NCBI GenBank assembly: GCA_024695405.1
Contig: JAILIF010000108.1
Location: 2,970-66,969 of the forward strand
Reading direction: 5' to 3'
From: Bacilli bacterium
GTDB taxonomy: Bacteria > Bacillota_I > Bacilli_A > RFN20 > CAG-826
Length of the DNA stretch: 64,000 bases
Of this stretch, positions 28,743 to 39,342 are shown in pieces. The notes beneath the pieces are model-generated. The model was not told where the DNA came from. It searched no databases and worked only from the letters and a program-made list of their open reading frames with translations. Both the position numbers and the translations under genes were made by a program. How positions within the stretch are numbered: the first letter of the stretch is position 1; each line of letters opens with the position of its first letter.

Positions 28743-30064
28743 TGACTAATAAAGGTATTGTCGCAATTGTAGGATCTCCAAACGTTGGTAAATCAACGAT
28801 TTTTAATCGTATGGTTGGAGAAAGACATGCAATTGTCGATGATGAAGCAGGTATTACTAGAGATAGATTATATGGAACTGCAGAATGGTTAGGAAATAAA
28901 TTCTCGGTTATTGATACTGGCGGTATCGAAGTCAAAAACACAACATTCCAAGTAGAAATTAGAGCACAAGCTGAAATCGCAATTGAAGAAGCTGATGTTA
29001 TTGTATTTGTTACTGATGGTAAACTCGGCGTAACAAATGACGATAGAGCTGTTGCTAGAATTTTGAATAAGTCAAAAAAGAAAATTATTCTCGCTGTTAA
29101 TAAAATCGATGGCGGTGCAAATATAGCTGATGCTCAAGAATTTTATTCTTTAGGCTTAGGCCATCCAATGATTGTTTCTGGTGCGCATGGTATTGGTCTT
29201 GGTGATTTAATGAATGAAATCATCAAATATCTACCAGATGTAGAAGCAAAAAAAGAAGAAGACAAAATCGTATTCTCACTTATTGGTAGACCTAATGTTG
29301 GCAAATCCTCATTAGCAAACGCAATCTTAAATCAAGAAAGAGTTATCGTTAGTAACGTTTCAGGAACTACTAGGGATTCAATTGATACAGCGTTTAAAAG
29401 AAACGGAAAAGATTATGTAGTTATTGATACTGCAGGCCTTAAAAAGCGTGGAAAAATTTATGAAAGTATTGATAAATATTCCGCAATCAGAGCTCTTAAG
29501 GCTATTGAACGTAGCGAAATTGTAGTCTTAGTTCTAGATGGAGATCAAGGCATTACAGACCAAGATAAACACGTTATTCAATATGCTTGTGACCTACATA
29601 AAGCTATCATTATATGTGTTAATAAATGGGACTTAGTGAATAAAACTACAAACACAATGAGCGATTTCACCAAGAAAATTAGAAATGAATATAAATTCTT
29701 AGACTATGCTCCTGTTATTTATTTGTCTGCATTGAAGAAACAAAGATTAGATACATTGTTTGATGCATTAGAACAAGTACATGAAGCATATTACACAAGA
29801 ATTCAAACAAGCGTTTTAAATGAAGTTCTACAAGATGCTCAAATTATGAATCAAGCTCCTGACTTCAATGGAGGAAGATTGAAAATTTATTTCGGTTCGC
29901 AAGTTGATGTTGCGCCTCCATGCATTGTCTTATTCGTAAATAATCCAGACTTCATGCATTTCTCTTACAAGAGATATATTGATAATAGATTAAGAGAGAC
30001 TTTCAATTTTGAAGGTACTCCAATTAATATTCAAACAAGAATGAAAAAAGGAAAGGAAAAGTAA
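28742..30064 (+). CDS. der: Ribosome-biogenesis GTPase Der (EngA)
   Basis: Two tandem GTPase domains (GSPNVGKST and GRPNVGKSS) plus a KH-like C-terminus; 440 aa. Confidence 0.9.
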   Translation: MTNKGIVAIVGSPNVGKSTIFNRMVGERHAIVDDEAGITRDRLYGTAEWLGNKFSVIDTGGIEVKNTTFQVEIRAQAEIAIEEADVIVFVTDGKLGVTNDDRAVARILNKSKKKIILAVNKIDGGANIADAQEFYSLGLGHPMIVSGAHGIGLGDLMNEIIKYLPDVEAKKEEDKIVFSLIGRPNVGKSSLANAILNQERVIVSNVSGTTRDSIDTAFKRNGKDYVVIDTAGLKKRGKIYESIDKYSAIRALKAIERSEIVVLVLDGDQGITDQDKHVIQYACDLHKAIIICVNKWDLVNKTTNTMSDFTKKIRNEYKFLDYAPVIYLSALKKQRLDTLFDALEQVHEAYYTRIQTSVLNEVLQDAQIMNQAPDFNGGRLKIYFGSQVDVAPPCIVLFVNNPDFMHFSYKRYIDNRLRETFNFEGTPINIQTRMKKGKEK

Positions 30065-30070
30065 ACTCCC

Positions 30071-30355
30071 ATGAAAAAGATTAACAAATTAGACTTAATT
30101 GAAATCGTTGCTGAGGAAGCTCACCTTTCCAAAAAAGATGCTGCAAATGCAATTGGAGTTGCTTTTGACGCTATTAAAGATAGTTTATTAAATAACACAG
30201 AAGTAAGTGTTTCTACTTTTGGCTCTTTTGTTCCGATAAAGAAGCAATCTAGAAAAGGAACAGATCCTTCTAGCCATAAACAAATTGTTATCGCTGCTAA
30301 AAAATCAGTTTCTTTTAAACCTTCAAGAATTTTTAAAGAAGAATTAAATAAATAA
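30071..30355 (+). CDS. hup: DNA-binding protein HU
   Basis: KLDLIEIVAEEAHLSKKDA...GFG.F...RKG..P aligns with the HU/IHF family; 94 aa. Confidence 0.8.
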   Translation: MKKINKLDLIEIVAEEAHLSKKDAANAIGVAFDAIKDSLLNNTEVSVSTFGSFVPIKKQSRKGTDPSSHKQIVIAAKKSVSFKPSRIFKEELNK

Positions 30356-30356
30356 A

Positions 30357-31037
30357 ATGAACGTACTTTCTACAGTCAAAAATTTAGAATCCCTTTTTAA
30401 TAAAAGAGGGTTTGCTTTGTTTTTTGTAGGTGGTTCTGTTCGTGATTATTTGCTTTTTAATGATTTCTTTGATGTCGATTTAGTAACAAATGCTACTCCT
30501 AATGACATGAAAGAATTCATTACAGATGGAGATTTCACTTTCTCAAAATTTGGCTTTGTAAAAGTTCGTTTTGAAGGTCAAACATTTGATGTAACAACTT
30601 TAAGAATTGAAGAAGAATACGAAGATTTTCGCCATCCAAAATCAATAAGGTTTACATCAAAATTAGAAGAAGATGTTTTAAGAAGAGACTTTACAATTAA
30701 TGGTCTATATATGGATACAAATCTAAAAGTTTATGACTATGTAAATGGCGTTGATGATTTAAATAATAAAATAATAAAAATGATAGGTAATCCTATAAAA
30801 AGACTTAAAGAAGACCCATTAAGAATAATTAGAGCAATTCGTTTTTCGTTAACCTACAATTTTAATATTGACAGTGAATTAGATTTAGCAATTAGAGAAT
30901 GTGTTCCTCTATTAGAAAGTTTAAATATTGAAAAAATAAAACAAGACATTTCGAAGATAAGAAATGTTCCAAAAGAAGAAATTAAAAAAATATTTTTAGA
31001 TTATAATATTCAAAATTATTTTGATGTGATAAAGTAA
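30357..31037 (+). CDS. Nucleotidyltransferase of the CCA-adding/poly(A) polymerase family, head-and-neck only (226 aa)
   Basis: Motifs GGSVRD, DVDLVT, RRDFTING and EDPLRIIRAIRF; lacks the C-terminal body/HD region of full-length class II CCA enzymes. Confidence 0.7.
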   Translation: MNVLSTVKNLESLFNKRGFALFFVGGSVRDYLLFNDFFDVDLVTNATPNDMKEFITDGDFTFSKFGFVKVRFEGQTFDVTTLRIEEEYEDFRHPKSIRFTSKLEEDVLRRDFTINGLYMDTNLKVYDYVNGVDDLNNKIIKMIGNPIKRLKEDPLRIIRAIRFSLTYNFNIDSELDLAIRECVPLLESLNIEKIKQDISKIRNVPKEEIKKIFLDYNIQNYFDVIK

Positions 31038-31706
31038 TTGTACTTTATGGTAAGCGGAGCATTGGATTTTAAATATCTTTTATTAGACAACTACAAAAAA
31101 TACAAGATTAATGAGAATACTCTTGCAACTATTTTGGTTATGGATCAACTCATCAATCAGGGCAATCCATTTATTACTGCAGAATTGTTATCTTTAAAGA
31201 TGTCACTTGATGTAGCGGACATCGATATTATTCTTTCTAAGCTTATTATCAATGGTTATTTAGAATATAAAGGTTCTGGTGGAAAAACAGTATGTTCATT
31301 AGCACCTTTAAAAGAAAAGCTTTATAAAGATTTTGAAAACTCTGTTTCTAGAGAAGACGCTACTGAAAGTAATAAAGAAGTAGCAGCTAATGTTAAAGCT
31401 GCAACTAAAGATATTGAAAAACTCTTTAAAAGAAATCTCTTGCCTTTAGAGATTAATAAAATCAAAGAGTGGATTATGACTGGATATAGAGTTGAAACAA
31501 TAGTTGATGCTTGCAAAGACGCTGTTAATAAAAACACTAAAACAATTAGTGCTATGGATAAGATTTTGACTACTTGGCAAAGCAGAAATGATATTGAAAC
31601 TGATGGAATTACTACTCTTTCAAGAAATTGGAATAAATCTTTAGAAGAGACTATTAAGATTGCAAAGATTCCATGGTTAGATGTTGATGAAAAAACAAAA
31701 AAATAA
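31038..31706 (+). CDS. dnaD: Replication initiation/membrane attachment protein DnaD
   Basis: N-terminal wHTH-like domain plus C-terminal DnaD/DnaB2 domain (IKEWIMTGYRVETIVDACKDAV); dnaD-nth synteny as in Bacillus; the start is either TTG 31038 or ATG 31047. Confidence 0.75.
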   Translation: MYFMVSGALDFKYLLLDNYKKYKINENTLATILVMDQLINQGNPFITAELLSLKMSLDVADIDIILSKLIINGYLEYKGSGGKTVCSLAPLKEKLYKDFENSVSREDATESNKEVAANVKAATKDIEKLFKRNLLPLEINKIKEWIMTGYRVETIVDACKDAVNKNTKTISAMDKILTTWQSRNDIETDGITTLSRNWNKSLEETIKIAKIPWLDVDEKTKK

Positions 31707-32325
31707 ATTAGAACTTATACAAAATTTTCTAGATGAAGAATTTGCGAATGCTGGTTGTGAACTTCATTATAAAAAGGACTACGAATTACTTATTGCAGTA
31801 ATGCTTTCTGCGCAAACTACAGATGTTGCAGTTAATAGTGTTACTGATTTTTTGTTTTCAAAATATGATTCTTTAGAAAAACTAAATGCACTTAGTTTAG
31901 AAGAAATAGAAAGAATCATTAAGCCTATAGGTTTATATAAGAATAAAGCAAAAAGATTAAAAGAAATAGTGGCAACATTATTAGAAAAATATAATGGTGT
32001 AGTACCTAGTGATCTTAATACATTGACTACTCTTCCTGGCGTTGGTAATAAAACAGCTTGTGTCGTAAGAGCAGAAATATTTAAAATTCCTGAATTTCCA
32101 GTCGATACTCATGTATTAAGAATTTCGAAAAGATTATCACTTTGTGATAAAGATGATGAACCAATTGAAGCCGAAAGAAAACTAAAAAGAACTTTCGAAA
32201 AAGAAAATTGGATTAAACTCCATCATCAAATAATTCACTTTGGAAGAGAGATATGCAAAGCACAAAATCCTATATGTGAAAAGTGCCCTCTTCACGAATG
32301 CTGTAATAAGTATTTAGAAAAATAG
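31681..32325 (+). CDS. nth: Endonuclease III
   Basis: HhH-GPD (LPGVGNKTA) and the C-terminal CX6CX2CX5C Fe-S motif. Confidence 0.9.
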   Translation: MLMKKQKNKLELIQNFLDEEFANAGCELHYKKDYELLIAVMLSAQTTDVAVNSVTDFLFSKYDSLEKLNALSLEEIERIIKPIGLYKNKAKRLKEIVATLLEKYNGVVPSDLNTLTTLPGVGNKTACVVRAEIFKIPEFPVDTHVLRISKRLSLCDKDDEPIEAERKLKRTFEKENWIKLHHQIIHFGREICKAQNPICEKCPLHECCNKYLEK

Positions 32326-32901
32326 TTTATCAACTGCTTCTAAATAATAAAGCCTAGGCATATAACCATGAGCAACCCTCATGGCTTTATTTTTAAAATA
32401 ATCATATGGAATTGACTTTCTTTTATTTTCCTTAATAAAAATAAGTAATTGTTCTGCTGATAAAATGTAAGTCTCATCATATTTATTGAAATTAATTATA
32501 AAGAAAGCAATTCCGCCAAATTGAATAACACTTTTTAAGTGTTCAATTTGATGTTTCGATATATTCGCTAGTGGAAATGAGGTCTTAGATTTAGTGCTTT
32601 TTGCTTCAAAATCTATATATTTCCTTCTATAAATCCCGTTATAGTCCGTAGTGGATTGCTTTTCAAAATAAGCATCAGTTATATGAGGACCATTTGTGTA
32701 ATCTACGTGAACTACATTAATAGGAGTTGGCCTTTTAGTTATTAAGGCTATTCCATGGTTAGAATAAAAGTCATTTGAGACATTTATTTCATCTTCAAAA
32801 GCCATACCTCTATTACTTGAAGATATGGAGATTTCAGTTTTTGAAAGTTTATGTTTTTGTTTATTTGGTAAATATTCTCGTCCGTCTGGGTATCTTATCA
32901 T
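32314..32901 (-). CDS. recU: Holliday junction resolvase RecU
   Basis: Strong similarity to Bacillus RecU throughout (RGMAFEDEIN, KRPTPI, TTDYNGIYRRKYIDFEAK, TSFPL, HQIEH). Confidence 0.9.
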   Translation of the reverse strand: MIRYPDGREYLPNKQKHKLSKTEISISSSNRGMAFEDEINVSNDFYSNHGIALITKRPTPINVVHVDYTNGPHITDAYFEKQSTTDYNGIYRRKYIDFEAKSTKSKTSFPLANISKHQIEHLKSVIQFGGIAFFIINFNKYDETYILSAEQLLIFIKENKRKSIPYDYFKNKAMRVAHGYMPRLYYLEAVDKLFF

Positions 32902-33632
32902 GCTAAAAATTTCTTTATTTCATTTTCTAGCTCAGATGGAGTGACGTTTTCGCCATTTAGTAACTTATTTAATATAGGCTTAACTGGCTCAGGCACTCTA
33001 GTAAATTTTCCCAAAACTTTTTTATATTCTTCTTGTACTAAAGAAGTATCCTTGATGAAAGCGTTATATAAGCTACATAAGTTCACTGCGTCAGAGCTTG
33101 GATCGTGGTTAGGACCAACGATATCTACTCCAAATTTTTCGCAATAGTGAATTAAAGATTGAGGATTACCTTTATCATCTTTAGAAAACTCACTAACGAA
33201 AGCAGAGAAGTCTATGTAGTTTTTTTGAATTTGAGAGACTATTTCTTTTGGAAAATCAAAGTTATATGCGATTGATTGAGAAAGAATTCTCATATCGTGA
33301 TTTCCAAATGTACAGAAAGAACATTTACTAAATGCTAATCCACAATACTTTTTAAAGCCTTCCATTGCTTTTCTAAATGTAACGCCGTGGTCTTTTAATT
33401 GGTCTTCAGTAATGCCTGTTAAATTAGTTACATAATTACCAATTTTGTTATGTGCTTTTACATAACATTTGTAGGGTAATTTTGTTGCTTTAACTCTACC
33501 TTTGTTATCAAGGCTAGCCATTACTGCTCCAATGGCGATCATTTCATGTGAAAATTGAGTGCCTTCGAAGTCTAGGAAGCATATGTGCTTATGTCCTTTA
33601 AGTAGTCTTTCGAATTTTTTCATCCAATGCAT
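32898..33632 (-). CDS. 3'-5' exonuclease, DEDD/DnaQ-like family
   Basis: Exo I motif CFLDFEGTQ; 244 aa; sits upstream of recU on the same strand. Confidence 0.65.
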   Translation of the reverse strand: MHWMKKFERLLKGHKHICFLDFEGTQFSHEMIAIGAVMASLDNKGRVKATKLPYKCYVKAHNKIGNYVTNLTGITEDQLKDHGVTFRKAMEGFKKYCGLAFSKCSFCTFGNHDMRILSQSIAYNFDFPKEIVSQIQKNYIDFSAFVSEFSKDDKGNPQSLIHYCEKFGVDIVGPNHDPSSDAVNLCSLYNAFIKDTSLVQEEYKKVLGKFTRVPEPVKPILNKLLNGENVTPSELENEIKKFLA

Positions 33633-33777
33633 TATAGCATTAAGAAGATAAAATTATGAGAGTAAAGTAATAAAATTCTCTCGCCTTTTTTGATAGTTAC
33701 TCTAATAGTTTTTCCTTTTTTCTATTTTGAAAAAAGATTGATACATTATTGGGGCTATTGTATCATAAACAAGTATC

Positions 33778-34140
33778 ATGGGAATCAAACTATTTTTATC
33801 TAGCGAACAGATTTTAAACCATTGCTTTGCAGCAGTGCCAAAAGGCTATGATCCATTAGATGTAGATGAATATCTAGATAGGATTATTGCTGATTATCGT
33901 ACTGTTGAAAGTAATTTACTTATCAAAGCTGAAGAACAAGAAGTTTTTGAAAAACGTCTTGAATCATTAACCAGTGAGGTAAAACGTTTAGAAATAGAAA
34001 ACGCTAAATTAAGAAGTAGACTCTCAGATATCAAACCAACAGATAATGTCAATGCTGACAATATCAATTACATTAGAAGGATCAATCAATTAGAAGCATT
34101 CCTTTATAAGGAAGGATATGATCCTAGAATAATTAAATAA
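33778..34140 (+). CDS. gpsB: Cell-cycle protein GpsB (DivIVA-domain)
   Basis: KGYDPLDVDEYLDRIIADY DivIVA N-terminal motif plus a coiled coil; 120 aa; immediately upstream of rnpB as in Bacillus; TTGATA-17-TATCAT promoter upstream. Confidence 0.8.
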   Translation: MGIKLFLSSEQILNHCFAAVPKGYDPLDVDEYLDRIIADYRTVESNLLIKAEEQEVFEKRLESLTSEVKRLEIENAKLRSRLSDIKPTDNVNADNINYIRRINQLEAFLYKEGYDPRIIK

Positions 34141-34142
34141 AA

Positions 34143-34478
34143 CATTCGACCTAGACAATTGCTGCCGTAAGGTAGAGGAAAGTCCATGCTCGCACAGGCT
34201 GTGATGCCTGTAGTGATTGCGCCAGTCCAATAAATAAGGCTGGGTACGTAGGAGTACGTAACGGCGGAGTAAGACCTAAAGGAAACCATGGTGGAGCTCC
34301 TGAAAGTGCCACAGTGACGAAGCTTTATGGAAACATAAAGGTGGAACGCGGTAAACCCCACAAGCGAGAAATCCAAATTTGGTAGGAGAGATTGGGAAGG
34401 GAAACGAACTAGTCCCAATAAGCTTTGCTTAGATAAATAATTGTCCTCGACAAAACATGGCTTACAGGGTCGAATACT
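34143..34478 (+). ncRNA. rnpB: RNase P RNA, type B (Bacillus-type)
   Basis: GAGGAAAGTCCATGCTCGCAC, AAAGTGCCACAGTGACGAAG, GGAACGCGGTAAACCCC, CAAGCGAGAAA, ACATGGCTTACAGGGTCGAAT; P1 pairs attcgacc with ggtcgaat. Confidence 0.93.
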
Positions 34479-34494
34479 CACTTAGGAGAAAATT

Positions 34495-35130
34495 ATGAAT
34501 TTGCCTACAAAGATTACTTTTTCAAGAATTATTGCTACTGTTTTAATGCTTATTTTCTTATTTGTAATGAGTTTAGTTAAACCAGAGATTCATACAATCG
34601 GAGATACACCTTTAACTTGGGTATATCTTGGATTGTTTATATTCTTTGTATTAGCAAGTTATACAGACCACTTAGATGGCAGTATTGCCAGAAAACGTAA
34701 TATGGTTACTGATTTAGGTAAATTCTTAGATCCAATTGCGGATAAATTATTAATTAACTCACTTATTATCTTCCTTGCTATTCCTGGAACCATATATTCT
34801 GGTCAAATAGCATTCCCTTATTGGTGTGCAATTATTCTAATTATTAGAGATTTAATTATTGATGCATTAAGACAAATGGCAGCAATTAAAGGAACGGTTA
34901 TTCCTGCAAATATCTGGGGAAAACTTAAAACAGTATTAGAAATGGTATGCATTGGTGTCATTTTATTAAATGATTTCCCATTCTCATACTTTGATGCTTC
35001 TTGGGGAGCATTTAGAATTGCATATATCTTTGTTTATTTAGCAACTGTTGCTTCTGTAGTTTCCGGAGCAATCTATATGTATAAAGGAAGAGAAGTTTTC
35101 TTAGGTAAAAAAATAGATGGAACAAAGTAA
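34495..35130 (+). CDS. pgsA: CDP-diacylglycerol--glycerol-3-phosphate 3-phosphatidyltransferase
   Basis: CDP-alcohol phosphatidyltransferase motif DHLDGSIARKRNMVTDLGKFLDPIADK; several TM helices. Confidence 0.85.
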   Translation: MNLPTKITFSRIIATVLMLIFLFVMSLVKPEIHTIGDTPLTWVYLGLFIFFVLASYTDHLDGSIARKRNMVTDLGKFLDPIADKLLINSLIIFLAIPGTIYSGQIAFPYWCAIILIIRDLIIDALRQMAAIKGTVIPANIWGKLKTVLEMVCIGVILLNDFPFSYFDASWGAFRIAYIFVYLATVASVVSGAIYMYKGREVFLGKKIDGTK

Positions 35131-35581
35131 TTTAAAACAACTTTTTGATGATAAAAAACTCACTTTAGGTAGTGTTGAATCTTTTACTGGCGGATTATTC
35201 GCTAGTGAAATCACTTCTATGTGTGGTGCTAGTTCCTTTTTTAAAGGAAGTGTTGTTACTTATGCTACTGAAGAAAAGATTAATGTAGTTGGCGTAAGTA
35301 AAGAAATTGTAGAAAAATACGGCGTTGTTTCAAAAGAATGCGCTGAAGAGATGGCAACTAAAGGCGTCAAAGTTTTAAATGTCGATTACTGTATTTCTTT
35401 TACTGGTAATGCAGGACCAAGCGCTATGGAAGGTAAACCAGTTGGACTAATTTACATTGGTGTATTTGATGGTAAAAATTGCCATGTTTTAGAGAAAAAG
35501 TTAGTTGGAACAAGAAATTTTGTTAGAAAAGAAGCAATTTTAATTGCTTTAGATTATTTAGAAACATTAATTTCAAAATAA
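35117..35581 (+). CDS. cinA: CinA C-terminal domain protein (PncC-like NMN deamidase)
   Basis: LGSVESFTGGLFASEIT motif; pgsA-cinA-recA synteny; lacks the N-terminal MoCF domain. Confidence 0.8.
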   Translation: MEQSNLKQLFDDKKLTLGSVESFTGGLFASEITSMCGASSFFKGSVVTYATEEKINVVGVSKEIVEKYGVVSKECAEEMATKGVKVLNVDYCISFTGNAGPSAMEGKPVGLIYIGVFDGKNCHVLEKKLVGTRNFVRKEAILIALDYLETLISK

Positions 35582-35603
35582 TTGCAAAAAATTTTAAAAA
35601 AAT

Positions 35604-35635
35604 TAAAAAAATGACCCATTTAAATAAGTAAGAGG
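35604..35635 (+). promoter_or_regulatory. Repeat family copy C (recA leader)
   Basis: AAAAAAATGACCCATTTAAATAAGTAAGAGG, 7 nt before the recA ATG. Confidence 0.45.
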
Positions 35636-35642
35636 TATTTTT

Positions 35643-36641
35643 ATGGCAAAAGAACTAAAAGACGAAAACCTAGCCGCTCTAAATGATGCGTTAAAAGAGA
35701 TTGAACGCGTTTTTGGCAAAGGCGCAGTGATGAAATTAGGAGAACGTCCATCTGTAGATATGGATGTTATTCCTAGCGGTTCCTTACTTATTGATGGAGC
35801 GTTAGGTGTTGGCGGTTATCCAAAGGGCCGTATCATTGAAATCTTTGGACCAGAAAGCAGTGGTAAAACTACTTTAGCATTGCATGCTATTGCTGAATGT
35901 CAAAAAGCAGGAGGTAGAGCAGCTTTTATTGACGCTGAGCACTCTATTGATCCTATCTACGCTAAAAATTTAGGAGTCAATGTTGATGAACTAATCCTTT
36001 CTCAACCTGATTGTGGTGAACAAGCACTAGAAATTGTTGAAATGCTTGCAGAAAGTGGTGCATTTGACCTAATTATCGTAGACTCAGTCGCAGCACTTGT
36101 CCCTCAAGCAGAACTTGATGGAGAGATGACTGATTCTTCTGTTGGCTTACAAGCTAGACTTATGTCTAAAGCAATGAGAAAACTTGCTGGAATTTTAAAT
36201 AGAAAGTCAGTAGCAGTTATCTTTATTAATCAATTAAGAGAAAAAGTTGGTGTTATTTATGGCAATCCAGAAACTACAACTGGTGGACGTGCGCTAAAAT
36301 TCTACGCGACTATTAGAATCGATATTAGAAGAAGCGAAGCTATTAAAGACGGTGGAGAGATTATTGGCAACTCATGCAAAGTTAAGATTGTTAAGAACAA
36401 AGTAAGTCCACCATTTAAGACATGTGACATAGATATTATCTATGGAAAAGGTGTGTGTAAAGAAGCGGAAATTCTAGATAAAGCAGTTGAACTTGCTATT
36501 GTTAGACGTGCAGGTGCATGGTATGAGTATGATGGAGTAAAAATTGCTCAAGGAAGAGAATCTGCAAAGGCTTATTTAATCGATAATCCTGAGAAATGTA
36601 ATGAGATTTTTGAAAAGATAAAATCCGCTCCTAAAATCTAA
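35643..36641 (+). CDS. recA: Recombinase RecA
   Basis: [10 protein letters not shown]-loop and the canonical RecA core; 332 aa. Confidence 0.97.
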   Translation: MAKELKDENLAALNDALKEIERVFGKGAVMKLGERPSVDMDVIPSGSLLIDGALGVGGYPKGRIIEIFGPESSGKTTLALHAIAECQKAGGRAAFIDAEHSIDPIYAKNLGVNVDELILSQPDCGEQALEIVEMLAESGAFDLIIVDSVAALVPQAELDGEMTDSSVGLQARLMSKAMRKLAGILNRKSVAVIFINQLREKVGVIYGNPETTTGGRALKFYATIRIDIRRSEAIKDGGEIIGNSCKVKIVKNKVSPPFKTCDIDIIYGKGVCKEAEILDKAVELAIVRRAGAWYEYDGVKIAQGRESAKAYLIDNPEKCNEIFEKIKSAPKI

Positions 36642-36649
36642 ATTTGCTT

Positions 36650-36684
36650 AACCTCCTAGAAAATATTAATTAGGAGGTTTTTTC
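36650..36684 (+). terminator. Rho-independent terminator after recA
   Basis: acctcct-loop-aggaggt followed by TTTTTT. Confidence 0.65.
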
Positions 36685-36967
36685 TCGAAATAAATAGTAC
36701 GTTTTTAACATTTGAGCAAAAATTATGGTCTTAGACTCACTTGTTAAAAACGTTTTCTTTTGATTTTTTAGTAGCAGTTATAAATAACAATAGTTATAAT
36801 AATTTCGTGTTTGAAAAATAGCACTTACCTATATATTCTCTTTTGAGAACTTTATTATCAGGAATATTTCCTGTTATATATAACCGAAACACATATCATA
36901 ATACGGTATTAAGGGTAAATTTTATAGTTTTGAACTTTTTTTAGTTCATACGGAAAGGATTTTTATA

Positions 36968-38509
36968 ATGTTATACGCATTAGCAGCCATTGGTGGTTTA
37001 TTAGTTGGCGGTGCAATCGTATTCTTCGTTCCTTATTTTAAGAAGATGCGCGCACAAACTAATTATAAAAAAATCATTAGAGATGCAGAAATTAAAGCTG
37101 AACACATCACAAAGAACGCACAACTCGATGGTAAACAAACAATCATCGAAATGAAACAAGAAGCAAATAAGGAAATTCAAGAAAGAAAAGCTGAAATTGC
37201 TCAACAAGAAAACAAACTTCTTCAACGTGAACAAAACATTGATAGAAGAGATCAAGCTCTTTCATCAAAAGAACAATCTTTAGATGATAAGAACGAAAAC
37301 TTAAATAGAAGATTAAAAGATATCGACAAAAAAGAAGCTCAATTACAAGAAAAGATTGATTCTATTATTGTTGAATTAGAAAAAGTCGCTCAAATGTCTT
37401 CTCAAGAAGCTAAAGATGAATTATTCGCTAAAGTAGAAAGTAAAGTATCTACTGAAATTGCTGTCTATATAAAGAATAAAGAAGAAGAAGCAAAAGAAGA
37501 ATGCGAAATGAAAGCAAAAGAAATGCTTGGTTTAGCAATGAGCAAGTATGCTCAAGAATGTACAATTGAAAGATGTGTATCTGTTGTAGCACTTCCAAGC
37601 GATGAAATGAAAGGTCGTATTATTGGTAGAGAAGGTAGAAATATCAGAACTATCGAACAACTCTTAGGTGTTGAATTAATTATTGATGATACTCCAGAAG
37701 TTATTACTGTATCATGCTTTAACCCAATTAGAAGAGAAATCGCAAGAATGGCTCTTGAAGCTTTAATTAAAGATGGGAGAATTCAACCAGGAAGAATTGA
37801 AGAAATCGTTGAAAAATGTAAGAAAGAAGTCGAAGAATCAATTCATAAGACTGGACAAGATGTTGCATTTAAACTTGGCTTACCAAGAATCAATAAAGAA
37901 TTATTAGATTATGTTGGTAGATTAAAATACCGTACATCATATGGCCAAAACGCATTAGAGCACTCCATTGAAGTTGCATACTTATGTGGCTCTATGGCTG
38001 CTGAATTAGGCTTAGATCAAAACTTAGCTAAACGTGCTGGCTTATTACACGATATTGGCAAATCAGTAGACTTCGAACAAGAGGGTAGTCACGTTGAAGT
38101 TGGTGCTCATTTAGCAAAGAAATATGGTGAACCAGATGTTGTTATTAACTCTATTGAATCTCACCACGGTGATGTTCCTGCTAAGAGCATTATTGCTAAC
38201 TTAGTGCAAGCCGCAGATACTTTATCCGCTGCTAGACCAGGTGCACGTAGCGAAATCTTAGAAAACTACATCAAACGTATTGAACAACTCGAAGAGATTT
38301 GTAAATCATATGATGGCGTTTATCAAAGTTTCGCAATGCAATCAGGTAGAGAATTACGTGTTATGGTAATTCCTGACAAGATTGATGACGTTGGAGCATT
38401 CAAATTAGCTCGTGAAATTAGAGAACGTATTGAAAACGAAATGACTTATCCAGGTCAAATTAAGATCTCTGTTATTCGTGAATACAGAGCAAACGAAATT
38501 GCGAAATAG
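36968..38509 (+). CDS. rny: Ribonuclease Y
   Basis: N-terminal TM helix, coiled coil, KH domain ([12 protein letters not shown]) and HD domain (HSIEVA...LLHDIGK); 513 aa. Confidence 0.93.
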   Translation: MLYALAAIGGLLVGGAIVFFVPYFKKMRAQTNYKKIIRDAEIKAEHITKNAQLDGKQTIIEMKQEANKEIQERKAEIAQQENKLLQREQNIDRRDQALSSKEQSLDDKNENLNRRLKDIDKKEAQLQEKIDSIIVELEKVAQMSSQEAKDELFAKVESKVSTEIAVYIKNKEEEAKEECEMKAKEMLGLAMSKYAQECTIERCVSVVALPSDEMKGRIIGREGRNIRTIEQLLGVELIIDDTPEVITVSCFNPIRREIARMALEALIKDGRIQPGRIEEIVEKCKKEVEESIHKTGQDVAFKLGLPRINKELLDYVGRLKYRTSYGQNALEHSIEVAYLCGSMAAELGLDQNLAKRAGLLHDIGKSVDFEQEGSHVEVGAHLAKKYGEPDVVINSIESHHGDVPAKSIIANLVQAADTLSAARPGARSEILENYIKRIEQLEEICKSYDGVYQSFAMQSGRELRVMVIPDKIDDVGAFKLAREIRERIENEMTYPGQIKISVIREYRANEIAK

Positions 38510-38538
38510 TAGCCCTATTTCATAGAAAGAGAATTTAA

Positions 38539-39342
38539 TTGAACATACTTTTTATTGGTGACATCGTTGGTAGAGTGGGTCGCCGAATGGTTAGAGAATA
38601 CTTAAATACATTTGTTGAGAAATATAATGTCGATTTTGTTATCGCTAACGGCGAAAACGCTACACACGGTAAAGGTTTATCAAGGAATCATTATTTTGAA
38701 TTAATCGATGCAGGAGTTGACGTAATTACTCTAGGTAATCATTATCTTTCTAAAAACGAAATTACTCGCTATATAGATAAGGTTGATTGCTTAGTTAGAC
38801 CACTTAACTTACTGCATGAGTTTGGTGGTGAAGGAAGCGCTATTTTTGATGTAAATGGTGTTCCTGTTAGAGTCACTAATTTACTTGGCTCTGCGTTCAT
38901 GACAGAAAGTGTCAATTCACCTTATTTATCTATATTAGATTTATTAGCGGATAGTGAAGAAGATTGCATACATATCATCGATTATCATGCGGAAGCTACC
39001 GGAGAAAAGTATTCATTCGCGTATTCGATGGATGGAAAAGTAACCGCTGTATTAGGCACTCATACCCATGTCCAAACTAATGATGCAAGAATATTTGAAG
39101 GTGGAACTGGATTTATTTCAGATGTAGGAATGACTGGTTTCTACGATGGAGTATTAGGCTTTGTTAAAGAAACTGTAGTTCCTAAGATTGTTTATGGCGA
39201 ATCTGGCAAGATGCAAACTCCTGATGATGGTAATGGCGTATTCTCAGCTGTTATAATGAATATTGATGAACATACACACAAATGCAAAAGTATAAAAACA
39301 ATTAAATACGTAGAGAGTGAACATGAAAACAAAAATAATTAA
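38539..39342 (+). CDS. ymdB: YmdB-family metallophosphoesterase (2',3'-cyclic-nucleotide phosphodiesterase)
   Basis: TTG start; ILFIGDIVGRVGR...GENATHGKG; rny-ymdB synteny. Confidence 0.8.
   Translation: MNILFIGDIVGRVGRRMVREYLNTFVEKYNVDFVIANGENATHGKGLSRNHYFELIDAGVDVITLGNHYLSKNEITRYIDKVDCLVRPLNLLHEFGGEGSAIFDVNGVPVRVTNLLGSAFMTESVNSPYLSILDLLADSEEDCIHIIDYHAEATGEKYSFAYSMDGKVTAVLGTHTHVQTNDARIFEGGTGFISDVGMTGFYDGVLGFVKETVVPKIVYGESGKMQTPDDGNGVFSAVIMNIDEHTHKCKSIKTIKYVESEHENKNN

Noticed and set aside
34104-34481. 125-aa minus-strand ORF.
   Set aside because: It lies entirely within the RNase P RNA gene on the opposite strand and is spurious.
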